A DNA stretch of 64,000 nucleotides from Azolla caroliniana (GCA_043228905.1 JBHGNT010000005.1:7192001-7256000), one strand, 5' to 3'; shown: positions 26,231 through 41,639, counted from the stretch's first letter. The notes: generated from the letters alone by a model not told the origin. Translations and numbers: made by a program.

Positions 26231-26899
26231 AGCCCCCTCCATGGTATGGTGACATTCCGGCCACAACTTCCTACATAGCAAAAAGCACATAGGTGCCGAT
26301 CTCTGTTTCCTACCTATTGTGCCTCTAAGGATGCGAACTTCTTGTACAACCACCGCAAAACCGAAACAATTTGATCAAGGTGCCCAGTGCTGAGCTTTCC
26401 TTTATTGAGACACTAACGCAATGAACACAACTAAGAACACTATGGACCATTGTTTTTTATTGACCTAAAAAACCGAGATAATTTGATGAATATAATCAAT
26501 GCTTAAATAATCCTCCATTGAATTTGTACAATATCAAAGATAACCCAAGATAAAAGCAATAAATATGGTAAATAGTTGACATTTCTCTATACTAATCCTA
26601 ACTTTTGTAAGCAAACAATGAAGAGGTGAAAAAAACTCAATAAAAGTGGTCAATAATTGAATCATTTGTTCCTATTTTCATTATCAACAAACCCGAAAAC
26701 ATCTTTCCATCACTTCTTTATTAGTTCAAAATAAAACAAACTTATAAGTCAAACGTGACTAAAACACATATTGATAAAAATACCAACAGTAGAATGAAAC
26801 TATCGTCCACATTAATGAAACCAATCACTTTCAATAAAGCTTATCAATAGATGTAGATGACAATATCGATTGTTCCATCACCTTTCATGGTTTGGTTGA

Positions 26900-27950
26900 T
26901 TTGGGTTGCCATTTCGTGATGATAGTAAACTCGTGAAAGATGGTCAACAATGACCACGAGGAAATGCATTTCTAGTTGAAAGTGATAGGTGGACCTCAAC
27001 AAAAGGAAGAGACCATGAATCATGTCCTACCCCAATGATTATCTCGTACCTATATTGAGTGGAGTACACTACCAAATGTTGCAAGACCATATGCATGGAA
27101 CCATGGAACAAGAAAATAAGATGTTTGAGATGGGAAGGGGGAAGAGGAATCATGTTCTTGCAATGCCAATGATGTTTGCATATGCAAGGCTCTAACCTAA
27201 TAATCCATTGGTAGATGGGACATATTGTGACTTTGCCTCACAAGACAACAAAGAAGATAGTTGAATAACATTTATCACATTGGACAAACAATGGCAAAAG
27301 TTATATTCCACACTCGTGAAAAACACCAAAAATGATTATTAGCACAACCTTGGTAAAACCATAAGACTCAAAAAAACCCATGACAAGAATATGATGAATG
27401 CCTCACAAACTGGTGAGTACCATGAAATATAGATGGTTTTACCACTAGGACATTGTCTCAAGTGAATGTCTAGAATCTCTTCAGCAAATCCTTAAAGATA
27501 ATGGTTTGGGAACATAGTTCAAACAATAGAAACGCTGCTAATTTGAGTTATACAACAATTTTGTACAGGTTATGATGTTAGAATATCAATCATGTAAGGG
27601 TTGAACATAGGTGGCGGTGCTCAATTAACTCACCACACACAATGGAATTGCAGTGCAACCTACATGGAGCTAGCCAGTGGTTTCAACATAGTGGTTGAAT
27701 TATAGTGAGGAGCACGACATATAATCACATGTAGGTCACAAGAGAGGACATAGGCAATACATACTATACATCAAATATGACGATCCAACTTTTGCATGAT
27801 ATACCGCAATTCTTATCAACGCAACTAACCAACGTGAATAAACAATTTCTTTACCAATTGTAGTTCTATTTATCAAGTAAGGATTAGAGAGTTCATGCTA
27901 GTTCAGCCAACTTGCCGTTATGCCTTTATGTGTACTATTTACAACAATAT
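26900..27950 (+). mobile_element. Possible highly decayed Copia-like remnant
   Basis: Only weak fragments resembling the RT start (~27430) and the RNase H end (~27860-27920); no continuous ORF. Confidence 0.25.
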
Positions 27951-29029
27951 GTAGATGAATTTTGTGTCTTGAATCTTGATGCTTGGGTACACAAGCATGA
28001 AGTAAACAAGTTATCAATGAAAATAAACACTATCCAAATATGTGTTCATATGTGGATTGGGCTGAACAAGAATGAGAAAAGGGAGCAATAGAGATATCCA
28101 AAAGGAAAATGTGAGAACAATGAGATGTGGGTGAAGACAATTGTGGAAAAAGAGTCTTTCAAGAAAGTGCAAAGTGTGTTAGATGTATTAGTTATTGTGA
28201 ACAAAGTCTCAAATTAAGAAGTGGTTGGGAATGTGTAAGAGAAAGAAATGTGAAAGCTTTAAAAGCCTAGAAGTTTAAGAGAACAATTGGATAAATGTAT
28301 CGAAAAAGACCCAATACATAAAATATGAAAGAGTAGTGCAAGTCATTCTTAGCACAATACAAAAGAATTGCTTTCATACTCCATCAGAGACTTTAGAGGT
28401 CCCTCCACAGGCATTGTCTCTTGCGGCTACCTTATTGAATTTTCTACAATTGAAATACCTAACCCTAACTCGTGTAGTAGTAAAATTCTTGATTAGTGTA
28501 ACACGTTGCACCTTGACATTACGGAATTATTATCATCATTACAAAATCTAGGTGGGAAATTTCACCTAACTGTGCACACTAGAAATTTTACTTCTTGGTT
28601 ATTTTCAAAACTACCTTGAATGATTGGTCGAAGTTGGTCACATAAAAATCAAAATTATTTCTATAACTAAGCTCCTAAACTTGGAGCAAAATGAACCAAT
28701 CATGCTTTTGACACTCTCATCCTCAATTCCTTATTAAAAGCACAATCAGAAACAAACATTATTCCACTTGAGGGAGACTAGAAATTGAATTTTATAGCTA
28801 GCAAAAGTAAATCTCCAAATTATTTTGATATCTCTTCAACAATTTGCAACCATTTGACTTGAGATCAAAAGACCATTTAGATTATGACATTCAACCAATC
28901 CTGCCATTTCGTCAAGAACTAGAACAAAAAAGCTATAAATCGTTTTCATAGCAATCAAACATTGCTTGCAAAACATCCACTCTTACCACGTACTTCCAAC
29001 TAGATTTACTTGCCTTTGAGCAGGTGTCT

Positions 29030-29217
29030 CACCCTTCAGAAGTTTCATATCTAGCAACTCTTTAACTAGGTCTGTCTCACAAGCTTTTGCTAGACAAGAA
29101 ACATTTATATAGTGACACTAGGCACCCTTCTGAAGTTCAATATCTAGCAACTCTTAACTAGGTCTGGCTCACAAGCTTTTGCTACACAAGAATCATTTTT
29201 ATATAGTGACACTCGGC
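29030..29217. repeat. ~93-bp tandem duplication downstream of VSR
   Basis: Two copies of cacccttc.gaagtt..atatctagcaactct..aactaggtctg.ctcacaagcttttgcta.acaagaa...tatatagtgacact.gg. Confidence 0.9.
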
Positions 29218-30221
29218 AAAATCATCACCACATGCAATCTTTGTTATCAACATTGTCAATTATGTGAACCTCTAAGTATATAGCTCATAAATGTTTGTAA
29301 CTACTTTTCTTGTTCTAGCTCAGAATTGAATCGACAGACTTTTCAGCTCCCAGATTTATCAGTATAAGTCACAACACATTTTTAAATGATAAGAGATTCC
29401 TGCTACCAAACTTTGAAGTACCATATGCATGTTAACTACCCTCAACAACATTCAACAAAATGTTTTCCAGCCAAATGTTATGGAGACTCTGACATCAGCA
29501 CATCAACTATCATGGCATAAACAGTACTCACAAGTTGCCATTGAAGATTTGTGTTTAAAAAGCCATTTTCAGCTCAGAATCTCCTCCAAGCATGTTCATG
29601 GAGTACCTCTAAAATGGCTGAAATAATAGGTTAACCAAGGTGTGAAATCCCTTAATAAGGGTTCTTTATATCTCACTACAAGCCCATTAAAAGCTCAAAC
29701 ACGTTTCTACCTAATACAGTTTTCTGAGTGCCAAAAGAGCTTTAATTTCTACATAACCATTGCAAGTATCTCATCTGTGCAATCATGTTTTGATTGTGTT
29801 CCAATATCACATGAAATCATCCAAATGATAGTGCACGTGTTAAAAACAATTAAAAGAAATAAATATATATATGTATTCAGCATTCAAATAGCTTGTCATT
29901 CATTTTATTTGTCTCATGACTACCATAAGCAAATATTCAAGCAAATGTAGTCACAGGATTCCCGAAATGATAATCTCCATCCATCGATCCAATTCTCAAG
30001 TCAGAGAAACAAACCTTATCGAGAGGCATAAAACACCTTCAAAACTTCACATCACATCTTTTTGCTCCATTATAAAATATTTTTACATATGAGCATTTAT
30101 ATGTGCATGTGTGCGTGTGTTTCTCCAGAGAAAAACTCTTGAAAAAAGTTCCCTTTGCATCTAAACTCTTTTCCAACTTACTCGTGCAAAATGCAAAATG
30201 CAGCGTTTATGTAATTCATCT

Positions 30222-33200
30222 TCATGACATATCTTCGTGTAACGGTTGGTGAACATCATTTTGACTATCCAAAGGCATGTATTGAGCCATAATCGCACGT
30301 ATCTCTGAGTCCATATATGACTGCATTTTAAGAAATGTTGAACAAAAAAAATCAACAATTTAATCCATAAACACCATATTTTTCTTCAAATCTTTTGGGT
30401 TAACTAAACTTCATAAGCTATGCTTGTATGTATGATATACTCACTCATATACAGTGTATGATATACTCACCCATACCCTATACTAGGTATGGTATACTCA
30501 CCCATATCATCACCTCGGCATTATATACTCATCCCTATTCTGTTAATTAATAATATTCTCACCCGTATCACAGTACTTGTATATTATATACTCAGCCCAT
30601 ATTCCAGTACTTGTTTATGGTACACTTGCCCATATTCTATACTTGTATATGATATACTCACACATTTTCTAGACTTGTATATGATACACACACCCCTGTT
30701 CCAGACTTTATACACGCCCATATTCTGGGCTTGTATAAGATACACATTACCATATTTTAGACTCATGTATACCAACAATTGCATATTTATGTATTCACTA
30801 GTATTCTACTCTTGCATATGATACTCTTGTTAGTCTTCTATACTTGGTACGGTACATGATAGATACACTCACCCGTATCCTATACTTGTATATGATATAT
30901 CCGGCAATACATGCTCCAGCAAGGAGAGCAAAGATCAAAACAGCTACAATCAAGGTGATCCTTCCCGCACCCTTACCTGCATATGAACAATGAGAGCATT
31001 ATACCTTAAACCCTAAACCCGGAAACTCTTAAAGATGGCATAGCAAGAAATATCCATATATAATTCTAATTACTTTTATTGGCAAAAGTCTTCTGTAATT
31101 CACATATTGCAACAGCCAAATGTTATGGCCAAACAATGCCTTACCAATGCATGTATCTTGCTCTTTCATGTAAAGGAGACCACCTTTGCATGAACATTCA
31201 TATCCACCCCAAGTATTTTTACAGCTGCAATCAGGACACTGGCATGCCGTTTTTTCTTTACATTCATCAATATCTGTAACAAAAGAGAGGTGAGATGGGA
31301 TTTCCTCTCATTCACAAACTCACAAATAACAATGCATACATAGCATTTATAAACTATGACTAATTGGAAACAACATTCACAATGTGTGCAGAGTTGGTAA
31401 GTAAATCTCAATGTTCAAGAGATTTTTTTACTAGTGAACATCGCAAATGAGAATGCACATTGTTAACAATAAAAAAAGTGTGTACTGCTTAAAAAGAGAG
31501 CTGGGTGCAAAGATAGGTCAGAGAGGAACATGAAGTGTTGTAGCATTACCTTCACATTTTAGTTTGCCATCCCCGTGAAAACCAGGAGGGCAATCACAGC
31601 CTTTCAAATGAGATGACTGGAAAACCAAAGAGATAATTATGTGATTTCCTTTGGTGTAGCAAACCTATTACAGCTCAAAACAGTCACAAAAGATACTTAC
31701 TTGACAAGCAGAAAACGTTTGACCATTCCTGGTATCAGACCAGCAATTTCCATTGTTTATTTTGCATCGTCCAGGGCCTACAGCTGTAGAAAGCAAAGAA
31801 AATGCATTCAGTCTCACCTCTACTAGGTAAGTGTTATATGGCAAGATGTTTAAAACCCATCATCACAATATAAAATGCTTAATCACCAGAAAAGTAAAAA
31901 TGATAACATGACAAGAGAGAAACATTAGACAATCACACCTTAACGGTGAGCATTCACCATCTTCCTTGAAATTAGAATTATATCACATAGAAGATGTTTA
32001 AAAAGCAATTCATCACAAAGTAATATGCTTAAATCCACTGAAAAAGAAAAAGACGTGCATACGTCAAATATCAACAAAATAAACAAACAGAAGAGTATTA
32101 GAAGTCACAACCTTCACAATAAGTATAACCATCTCCCTGAAACTGAACCCCTTGAACAGTTGGGCATTCACAAATACGACCTCTGAACGTATCCTGTTGT
32201 AAATGGGTATACATTGATTATCAAAATGATATTATTTGGGCGGGGAGGGTAAAACCATGGCATTCCCCATACAAAGTCATATTATGACAGCTCCATATGT
32301 CAATGTTTACACATTAGTACCTTGCAAGCAGTTACGTTTGCTGCTTCACTTTGCCAGCAACCACCATTGTGTGTCAAACATTCATTCGTTTCCATGTCTA
32401 AATAAAGGTTAAAAAACAGTACTTAGGTTGTTAGATATTTAGTGATGCAGTTATTGTGCACCAATGGATAGGTTAGCATGTATTTATACCAGGACTAAGG
32501 CACACAGGTGGTTCAGTACTCTCTTTAAACCCAGCACAAACAGCTTTCAGCACTGCACCCTTGTCAAGCTTTCCTGCCGATATGTAACACATTTCAAAGA
32601 TATAACAATAGAAATCTATAGATAATATAAGGAAAAAGATTCTGGAGATTCATTCTTACTAAGACCCACCTCGATATTGCCTATCATTTATGATAAGAGT
32701 GGGTAGAATAGTGACATCACCTCGGGCTCCTTGGCCAACCTGGAAGCAAAGTAAATATTCAATATTCAATTGATGAAAGATAAATAAATAGATTCATAAC
32801 TGTATTAAGGCTCTCTCAATGGCAATCCATACTAGGGTTCTCTCAATTTTACGAAAACACAGTAAACCACCATTGAAACAGCCAGAATGAATGAATGAAA
32901 GATATTTTACATCTATAAGCGGCCAAAATTTCCCTATGAACAAAATCATATACGAGTTAATTCAAACTATCCATAATAAAACGGAAATCAGCGCTCTATG
33001 TTTCCTTGCAACCCATGATCATGACCTTGATGCATGAGATGATATGAGAGAGAGAGAAAGAGTAAGAAAATATAAAATTAATCCCAAACCTTGATCAGAG
33101 TACTTGATTACAATGAGATCGTTTAACAAAAAACACGTTCATTTTATGAGTATTACGCTGCAAACCTGTGCATCTTGTTCCGCTTTCAAAAAGGGGTTGT

Positions 33201-35691
33201 TAGAGTCAGCATCAGGATTCCCCATGCATGACTGAACGTCATTGGCTGAGATTCCTGTTAAACGGTATAACCATAAACATTGTCTGAAACCAGAAGAACA
33301 GTGGATGAAAGTTGTTTAAGTGCATTATGGAATACATATAGCAATTGGGTTTTCCATAACGAAGCAAAAAAATCATAGAGGTGTAAATCTATCCAAATAT
33401 GTCCATTGATCATAAAAGCACCTACCTAATGCTTGTATGACCTTCTCTGCACAATCTTTATTGTACTTCTTCTCTTTCATCGGACATCTTATATGGAAAT
33501 CGGTAACATAGTCCCACCACACCCACGGTTTCCCAGATTCATTGGCAACTTTGTACACACAAAGCTGTCTCAAGTTCTCAATAACCACATCTCTCCCTTC
33601 ATATCCCTTTTTGAAATCCTGCTCTGGATCAGGAGCACAATATCTTCCATGGTTGATGCATTGTGACTGACATTGTTTGCTCTTGATGAACGCATCAGGG
33701 CAATACCACGTGATGTAATGAGGTGTGAATGAAGTATAACCACCTTTTTCAAGAAGCTGAGCCGCGCCCTTGAAACTCTTCACAAACTCCACCTGGGCAT
33801 CACACTTTGCACCACATTCATCGTTACTACTCGTCCAAAACTCATATTCAACCTTTTCGTCAGGATGTGGCAAAGATTCAGACCAATCAAGCTTTACTGT
33901 GACGGTTTCTTTCTTAGCCAACTCAGCCTTCAACTTGTCTCCCAACGTCTTTTCGATCAAGGCTGAGGGAATGGTGATGTTCTGGAGATATTCAGCTGCA
34001 CCTTTGTCTTCTTGAGGAGAGTCCATTGTAATGAGAGGCTCTACTCGATCGTCAGCCACAAGGACACAAGCAGCACCTGCTTGTTGAGCATTCCAGACTT
34101 TCAATGCAAAATAGCATCCTGCAAAAGCATGTGAGATGAATCAGTGTGATAATTAAGCAAATAATTGGATCTCTCGATTCAATAGTGCTCCTTTCTCTCG
34201 AAAACTACTTCATTACTTTCCTTCTTATTGTTGCACTTTTGGTTACTCTTGATCAAAGAACATACGCTTTATGGCATGGGATTTAAGGATGATTTCTTTG
34301 CTCTCAATTTTCTTCATTGCTTTTATCTCTTGTTATTGCACCATAAAACTACTCTTAAGCAAAATAATGTCGTCTATGCTCTGAGTTTCTTTCACAGCTT
34401 TTCTTTTCCTCACTGCACACTGAGAAACTTATGTGAGATTTAAGGTTTTGGGATGCCTTACTTGCTCCAAATTTTATTCATTGCATTTAGATTAATAATT
34501 ACCATGAGATGTGCAGTTCAGGGTCACAGTTCACAACACGATCTGGTGCAATAATTTTTTTCATTGCTTTCCCTCTCATCATTTCACGTGTGGCTTAAGA
34601 TTTAGCCCTCAATTCTGATGCTATAAATTCTCTCATCATGTCATGTGGTTTAGGGCTTAACATTTATTCTGGTGCACTGAAGTTCTTTCATTACCATTTT
34701 TCTCACAATAGTGCAAGACAAAATTCATGTTCATTACTTTCAGGTTTTTTTCTCATCATTTCGTATGTACATAAGGGTGACACATTCAGTCCTCGATATG
34801 GTTCTCTAAATATCTTTCATTACATTTTAAAAGAGGTAATTTTAAGTAAAAATAACCCGTATCACCGCAATCAAACAAGACAATAGTCACATTCACTACA
34901 AATCTAATTAATCGTATTAAATATGTATTTCAGATTTTAGGGTTTAGTAATCAGTACATTTCTGGGTTTTAGGATTTAGGTTTTAGTTCCCATATCTACT
35001 TGCTTTTGTTAAGAGATATAAAAGGGCATACCTTGGGAATCAAGCAAGAAGATAATTGTAAGTACACATTCTTATATAGTTCTTTTCATTCCTTATTGTT
35101 CGTATCCAAGGATGATTTGGGTGTCCCTTACTTCAATTCTTATCGTTTGGCTTGTACTTTTTCGACTTTCGATTTTACGGTTTAGGTATTTCAGTGATTA
35201 GGGTTTAAGGAGCTACGTATTCAGGGTTACATAAACATTCTGGTTCTCTACGGCCTTTCCATTACACTTGTTCATTCAAGATGCATATAGACGAATTTAA
35301 GATAAGAGGGAGAAGAAAACGAGAAAAGACCTCCACGATCCAGTAGAGCAACAGTGGGGTTTGATTTAGGCCCAGTTCTCTTGAAAGCTTCAGGTTCGAA
35401 AGGTTTACAACCATCAGAATCGCTTCCTTTAGAAGAGGAAGAAAGCGTCTGAACATCGAGTATCATCGATCCTCCATAGTCAGGAGCTCCAAAGTTCCCG
35501 ATAGCGCTATCATGCTTCCCTGCTATGGATTCCGGTGCAAGTATGCTTATACTGTTCTTCTCCACAACGAACCTAGCAAAGCAAACTTCAAGGGATGATG
35601 GCAACGATAGCATGAAGAGGAGGAGAATAAGATGATGAAGATGGAGGTGAAGAAGAGGAGTGTAGAATAATGTTCTTTTAGATTCTTCCAT
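30222..35691 (-). CDS. VSR: Vacuolar sorting receptor (BP-80/VSR family), 12 coding exons
   Basis: Exons 35691-35331, 34118-33426, 33254-33166, 32739-32670, 32573-32490, 32397-32321, 32193-32112, 31783-31701, 31616-31550, 31273-31145, 30976-30873 and 30320-30222. Signal peptide then [10 protein letters not shown] domain, [18 protein letters not shown] repeats (DIDECKEK), a TM helix followed by YKYRIR, and the tail [20 protein letters not shown] with the YMPL sorting motif. Confidence 0.96.
30420..30900 (-). repeat. ~26-36 bp minisatellite derived from the VSR exon-11 3' end plus splice donor
   Basis: Plus-strand units tgatatactcacccat.t.ctatacttgtata recur about a dozen times. The last unit is the real exon/intron junction (30864-30897). 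Confidence 0.8.
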
Positions 35692-35939
35692 GGATATGAT
35701 CTTCTTCTTCTCCTCCTCCTTAATCCTTCTTTCTTTTGCGTGTTCTTCTGCTTTCTTTTTCTTTCTCGCCCTGAGCTGCAAATGGGGAGTAGGGGGGGGG
35801 ATCAAAAGTGGGCGATGAGGTTTCTTCTTATTCTGCTCCTTCTTCTTCTTCTTCTTGAGTTTGGCTACTTAGTAAAGGAAAGCTTTGTAGCGTTCTGTGT
35901 GGGTAACAGAGCAAGAGAGAGAAACAGGGACAACATACA

Positions 35940-36093
35940 TGGATGGATGGATGGATAGATAGATAGATTGATAGATAGCTAGACACACAGAGGAAGAATT
36001 AGGGTTGGGGACCTAGTAAGTAGTACAGAGGAGATTGGATTAATGGAAACATGCAAAATACTTTTCTCTCTCTGAGTGTGTTTACTACTCTTC

Positions 36094-36155
<62 letters not shown>

Positions 36156-36168
36156 ATCTCTATCTCTA

Positions 36169-36200
<32 letters not shown>

Positions 36201-36203
36201 ATA

Positions 36204-36244
<41 letters not shown>

Positions 36245-36560
36245 ACCAACCCCATCTATGTATGTATGTATGTATGTATGTATGTATGAGATAACTATCG
36301 ATCTCTCTGCTGCCCCCCCCCCCCCCCCCCCCCTCACTTTCCTTGTGTCTGTGTCTGTGTCTTCCTTTTCTCTGCCATTACCTTCTCGTGTTTCTCTGTC
36401 TCTGTGTGTGTTTTAAGGGGCCTTTCCCATGCCCCTTCCATCCATCCATATACATACATTATTCTATATAGTAGTATATACATATGTTTGCATGTATGTA
36501 TGTATGTATGTATGTTTGCATGTTTGTATGTTTGTATGTATGTATGTATGTATGTATGCC
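35940..36560. repeat. Compound microsatellite region upstream of VSR
   Basis: (GATG)n/(GATA)n, poly-C, (CT)n, (CTAT)-like, (AC)n and (TATG)n runs are directly visible. Confidence 0.95.
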
Positions 36561-39500
36561 TGCCTGTTGTGGGTCTGGGCGCACCATACCTCATGAAGAA
36601 GAAGAAGAAGTCGCTCGGAAGTCGTGCCACTCGAATAATCCCACCCCAACCTAGGCCAATTTCAATGTAAAGGCCATCAAGGACGGCAAGCCTCGGACAC
36701 CATCTAACTGCCCCTTTTTACCCTTTGTCTCATGTCACCCCCGCATCAACCACCCCTCCTCCCTCTGCCTTTTCATCCCTCGCTTGCCTACCTGCCCTCC
36801 TCCACTTTTGTCTCATTTTGCATTATAAGAGTGATGGATCCAATGGGGATCGGCTTTCATGTTACAACCATGATCTTTGTGCTTGAAACAAGTTGACAAA
36901 AGAGCCTCCACAAGTAGCAGGCTTACAAGTTACATTATCAGCCCATGGAGGTAACGAATATTGAATGGCTCATATGTAGTAGTGTCATCTCTTATGTGTG
37001 TTTTGTGTTGAAAACTTAACTCCATGGGTTTGATCATAGTAATCCATAGTCATTTGGCTCTCCACGAACTGACATATATTCCTAGGTTTATGCATTTGCT
37101 CTATATATCATGGCTTGCAATAACCCTTAAATCTAAATCTCTTCCAATAAGCTTTTAACTCTATATCTCTTGCCGTCCCCTTCTCTTTCTTGATGAAGTG
37201 CGATAATAAGAGCATATTTTTTCAATTCTCATTGCTCACATCTAATATTCTATCAATTCCTTTAATATATTAACAATTCCATTACTATAAATACATGTCC
37301 TATTAGTACATGCGAAAAATGAGGAGATGTCATCAACTTGATTTGGGGGAAAGTAAAGTATTGCTTGCCCTCACACTCGGGGTCCCTTTCTTCATCTTGT
37401 AATCCACATAATATTCTTGTTGCATAAATCCAAAACCACTTGAAGTCATTAAAAATTGCAAAGTAGCACATTTTCAATTACTCTCATTGTTGTCGTTATT
37501 CCCTCGGTTATTAGCATGATTACATAATTTCTTACCCTTACTCTCTTCTTAGAATTGTTTGGCATGTCCCACAATGAAATTTGGCCTTACGCATTTTGTA
37601 CTAAACCACAATATTGTATTTAGAGTTCAAATCTTGGTTGCATTTGTTCTCATTTTGATCATCTGGAGGGCAGCCATGAAAAGTCATTAGATGAAGGCCT
37701 CCTATGGGCACTACAAGTTTCTCGTAATATATTCTATCAAATTCTCACACCATATTTTATGTTCCTATCAAGATTATTGTTAATGTTTTTAACTACATAA
37801 AAAAACTTTCAAACTTTCCTACATGAGGTTTCCATGTTTATAATTAATATAGATCTCCAATTTGTTAACACATAGGAAGTTCAAAACATTGCCTAAGTGC
37901 ATTCGACACCTTTTGGGTGTGGGACGGCATTGAACATCACTTGGTACCAAGATACTTAAAAGACACAAATTGCGGATATGTTTGTAATTCAACATGAGAA
38001 TGTACTCGATTATACACATCCAAATGCATCATGTGCATAACCTTATGGAGCAATTCTAAAGTTAATTTCAATAGTTTATGGTTAGGTGAATGGGACAATT
38101 TCATAAGGACCAGTGACATCTAGGAACTTGTGGAAGGCTGCAAATGTAAGTAGTTGAGCTATATAAAGGGGATTGAGCCCTTCATTGATGAGATTCTATT
38201 GGTGAGGCAAATCTCTCTCCTTTCAAATCCATTTATCTTAAATTCCCACATGTTTAATGTAAGGTAATATTTGGTGGTATGGAAATTGATAGTAAATATT
38301 TTATGTTCATCTCTTGTCCTTTTCTCAATGATGATCACCGATCAATGAGGTTAAGCACCCAATAAGGCGTAAACCCTTTTTTGTGATAAAAATAAATTTT
38401 GGGGAATGCAAATGAAATATTGTTTTTATGGACAAATTTGTGGAAGGGACTGTTGCAATCTAAAATGAAAGTAGATTAACTACATACTTATAAAATATCT
38501 TCCCAATATGTACATAATGCAAAGGAAATAAAAACCTCATGCCAATTATTTGCATGTGTATGTGGGTAGAATTCTTCTTTATGCCAAACACCACATCCTT
38601 GTTAAATTAATATGAAAGTGTCACAATCAAACACCTTGCTCAATATTAACTTGTCATGTCTCAATTAAATTAATAATGAAATGTGCGTTAAGTAAGTAGT
38701 ATATTGCATATTAATCACGCCTCCATAGTTGAGGAATGTGATATATATGAGTAGACATGGATTACACATAGTGCTACTAATTAAGTAATGTGTGTCAATG
38801 ATGAGTGATCAAGCAACATGATACTATTTGACAACATTAAAGTAGCGGCTTCCCATAGATTAATCAATTGTTTAAGTAGTGAACCACCAATGTGTCAAGT
38901 AAAACAAATATCTAGATTGATCAACAGATATTCAACATGTATTTAGCAAGCACACCTAAAACTCAATGGCATTCTTAGAAACTTGCCAACATAAAAATAT
39001 CACAATTGATAAATGTGTTTTGCAATGGAGATATATATTATGGCACTCATTCCTTGAAGAAGAGTTGTGTCATACTTTAAACCACCTCCAAATACATGTT
39101 TACTAGTTATGCACGTATGTTTTCCAATGATGAGTCAAATACTGAATCAAGTGGAGGTAGATCGAGGAGTTGTTTACTTTACATACTAGCATGTTTTCGT
39201 TTCAATATCCTAAATCTAGGAAGGATTTTACTTTACATCATTGATGTTCGCAGAGCTTGAAGTAAGGTGCAAGTTCGAACATTATTTCATTTTCAGGGCA
39301 TCTATTCATAATTTAAAGCTAATGTGTAGAAAAGTAGTTCAATAAAGTCAAAGAGGAATCAAGGTGTCACAATTTAAGGTAATCATCTAAAAAAGCGAAA
39401 GGCAAAGGCAAATAGGGGAGATCCTATTCGATGCAATATTTTTTAAATGGGAAGATTTTCGAAGCGATGTCTCAATTTATATTCTCTCTTCTGGTAGTGA

Positions 39501-41639
39501 GTGTGGATGATCTATGTGTATACCTAGGTATTTTAAAATAGCCAGGTTTAAATAATAAACCTTGTCTTTCCATAGTCTACGTTCCAACTATAATGGTGTT
39601 GAAGACATGTGTAGCTATTTCATGTCTTAATTCCAAAAGAGTGGAAAAGGGATTCACTGACCAATCTAGACATTTGGTTGACCATATTTTATGCAATCCA
39701 TTAGGGTAATAAAATTTGTGAATACTGATTGTGACTGATTTTCTCATTGTAAGCCGGTTTGCTTGCAGAAAACAATTCACCCTTGAAACATGGCTTCTTG
39801 CAAAAAAGAAAACAAAAAAGTAAAGGAGAATATATATGTAATCAACTTATTTCTCAAGCCAAGGCCCAACATGGAGAATTTATTAATTCGGAAACAATTA
39901 ATGACAACCAATAATCAACTTGTTCCTTAAGTCAGCCTTGCAAAATGGCTTAAAGTTTTTTGGAAATATCTAAGGATAACATAGAATCAACGATTTTTCT
40001 TCAGACACTTATTCGATAAACATTTACTGCAATAAAGGGAGATGTCAATTGTTTCTTTGGAATTTCATGGTGTCATCATGAAACACAATTACATTTGTTT
40101 TGATTAAATGCGTCTGTTTTGAGATAAGAGGCTAGCAAAGTTCCCAATGGTATTATCACGTATGGCCCAAAAAAAATTTGTTTCTAGTTATTGGTATAAA
40201 TTATAATAGATGAAGAATGGCCTGTTTTCACAAGCATATGTTTCTTGCATTGAAACCTTCCAAGGGAATTTATGGAACATAATGGCTCCAAGTATCATAA
40301 TTGAGATTGATACGTGGAAGCATGCACCCGAAATTCGATTTTGGTAGTTTCATGATTCATCTCGATAACTTTAGAAATTCATCATAACAAACAATAAAAT
40401 CTGAAATTTGATGCTTTCTTGTCTAAAAGTTATGGGTTCGAGCTTCAAGCAGTAGGTTTGATGTTACATAGCACATTTTACATGTGTTTCATAGTATGAC
40501 AAGTTGGAACAAAGATGACATTGAAATCAAATTCTTGATAAACTCAAGAGCGATTTATTTATATTTGAAGTATTTCAAGACCATAAACGTGAAAAAAACT
40601 GAAGACAATTGATTATGACCATAATTGTAAGATATGTTATCCAAATTCAACCTTTATGGAGGATCTACATTACATTAGGTCAACACCACAATCTCATTGT
40701 CTACTAGATAGTGAGAAGACATTACGTGCAAAAGAAGAGATGTTTGTTTATTGCTTAAATTTAGGTTAGATGGCTTTTCAAACTTGGCAGATTTGCAACA
40801 TTAAACAATCTACACAAGAAAGTCACGTGCACAAATAACAAGCCATGTGTTTGCTATTTGATGGATTTCATTTGGATAATCCTATAACATATCCAACACC
40901 ACACAAATCCTGATGTACTTTATCATTCGTTCCTTTCAACATGATCTTAGTATACAACTCCTTAAACCATGATTCTCAAACAATAGATTGTTGGTGGCTA
41001 AGAACCAATGCTCAATACAATATTGATACCTTCTTGAACTATAAACCTCAAATAATAGATTGTGTCTCTAAGAACCTATCCTAAATACAAGCTTACTAAT
41101 GTCATCTTAAACCACAATTCTCAACAAATAGACTAACTTTGGACAAGTTGTTCGAAGAGCAATGTATATTTGGAATACATAAGTGTATCGTCATTAAAGG
41201 CTTTTAAAAGTTTAATCGATCTTTATAAATCTAAACAATGTATGCTTTGTGAACCACTAAAATACATGAAAATATCTTGATGTTAACGGGTGTCTATGAC
41301 ATTCTCAAAAAAGGTACATTATCTTATGCTACTATGCCAAAGTGTCAAATTTGTCCTTTAAATAGTTAATGCAAAGATAGAAGATACATGCACCGCATTG
41401 TATGCCTTTACCTATATCCATCTTTATGACAAGGGTAATGTAAATAATATGCAAATAATAGATACTATCACTAATGTTTAGCTACATAAAGAAGTGGTTT
41501 TAAATGAAGCAACATGAAGTTACCCGTCTTTTAAAGTCTAAGGCTTGAATAACAAACTTGTCTAAATTTGTATTGCCATACAAGAGGCACACTTCAAGGG
41601 TGTGCTCAAAGTTATGACCATACTTTTTTTATCTTTTTT

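Noticed and set aside
30420-30900. CRISPR-like array
   Set aside because: Eukaryotic intron, no unique spacers; the units are degenerate tandem copies of the exon junction.
35692-35805. N-terminal extension of VSR shown in the ORF track
   Set aside because: It starts at a non-ATG codon in a GAA-rich 5' UTR. The ATG at 35691 directly precedes the signal peptide.
35979-36670. ORFs rich in RE, SL or YVCM repeats (also 47775-48258 and 54518-54750)
   Set aside because: These are translations of microsatellites.
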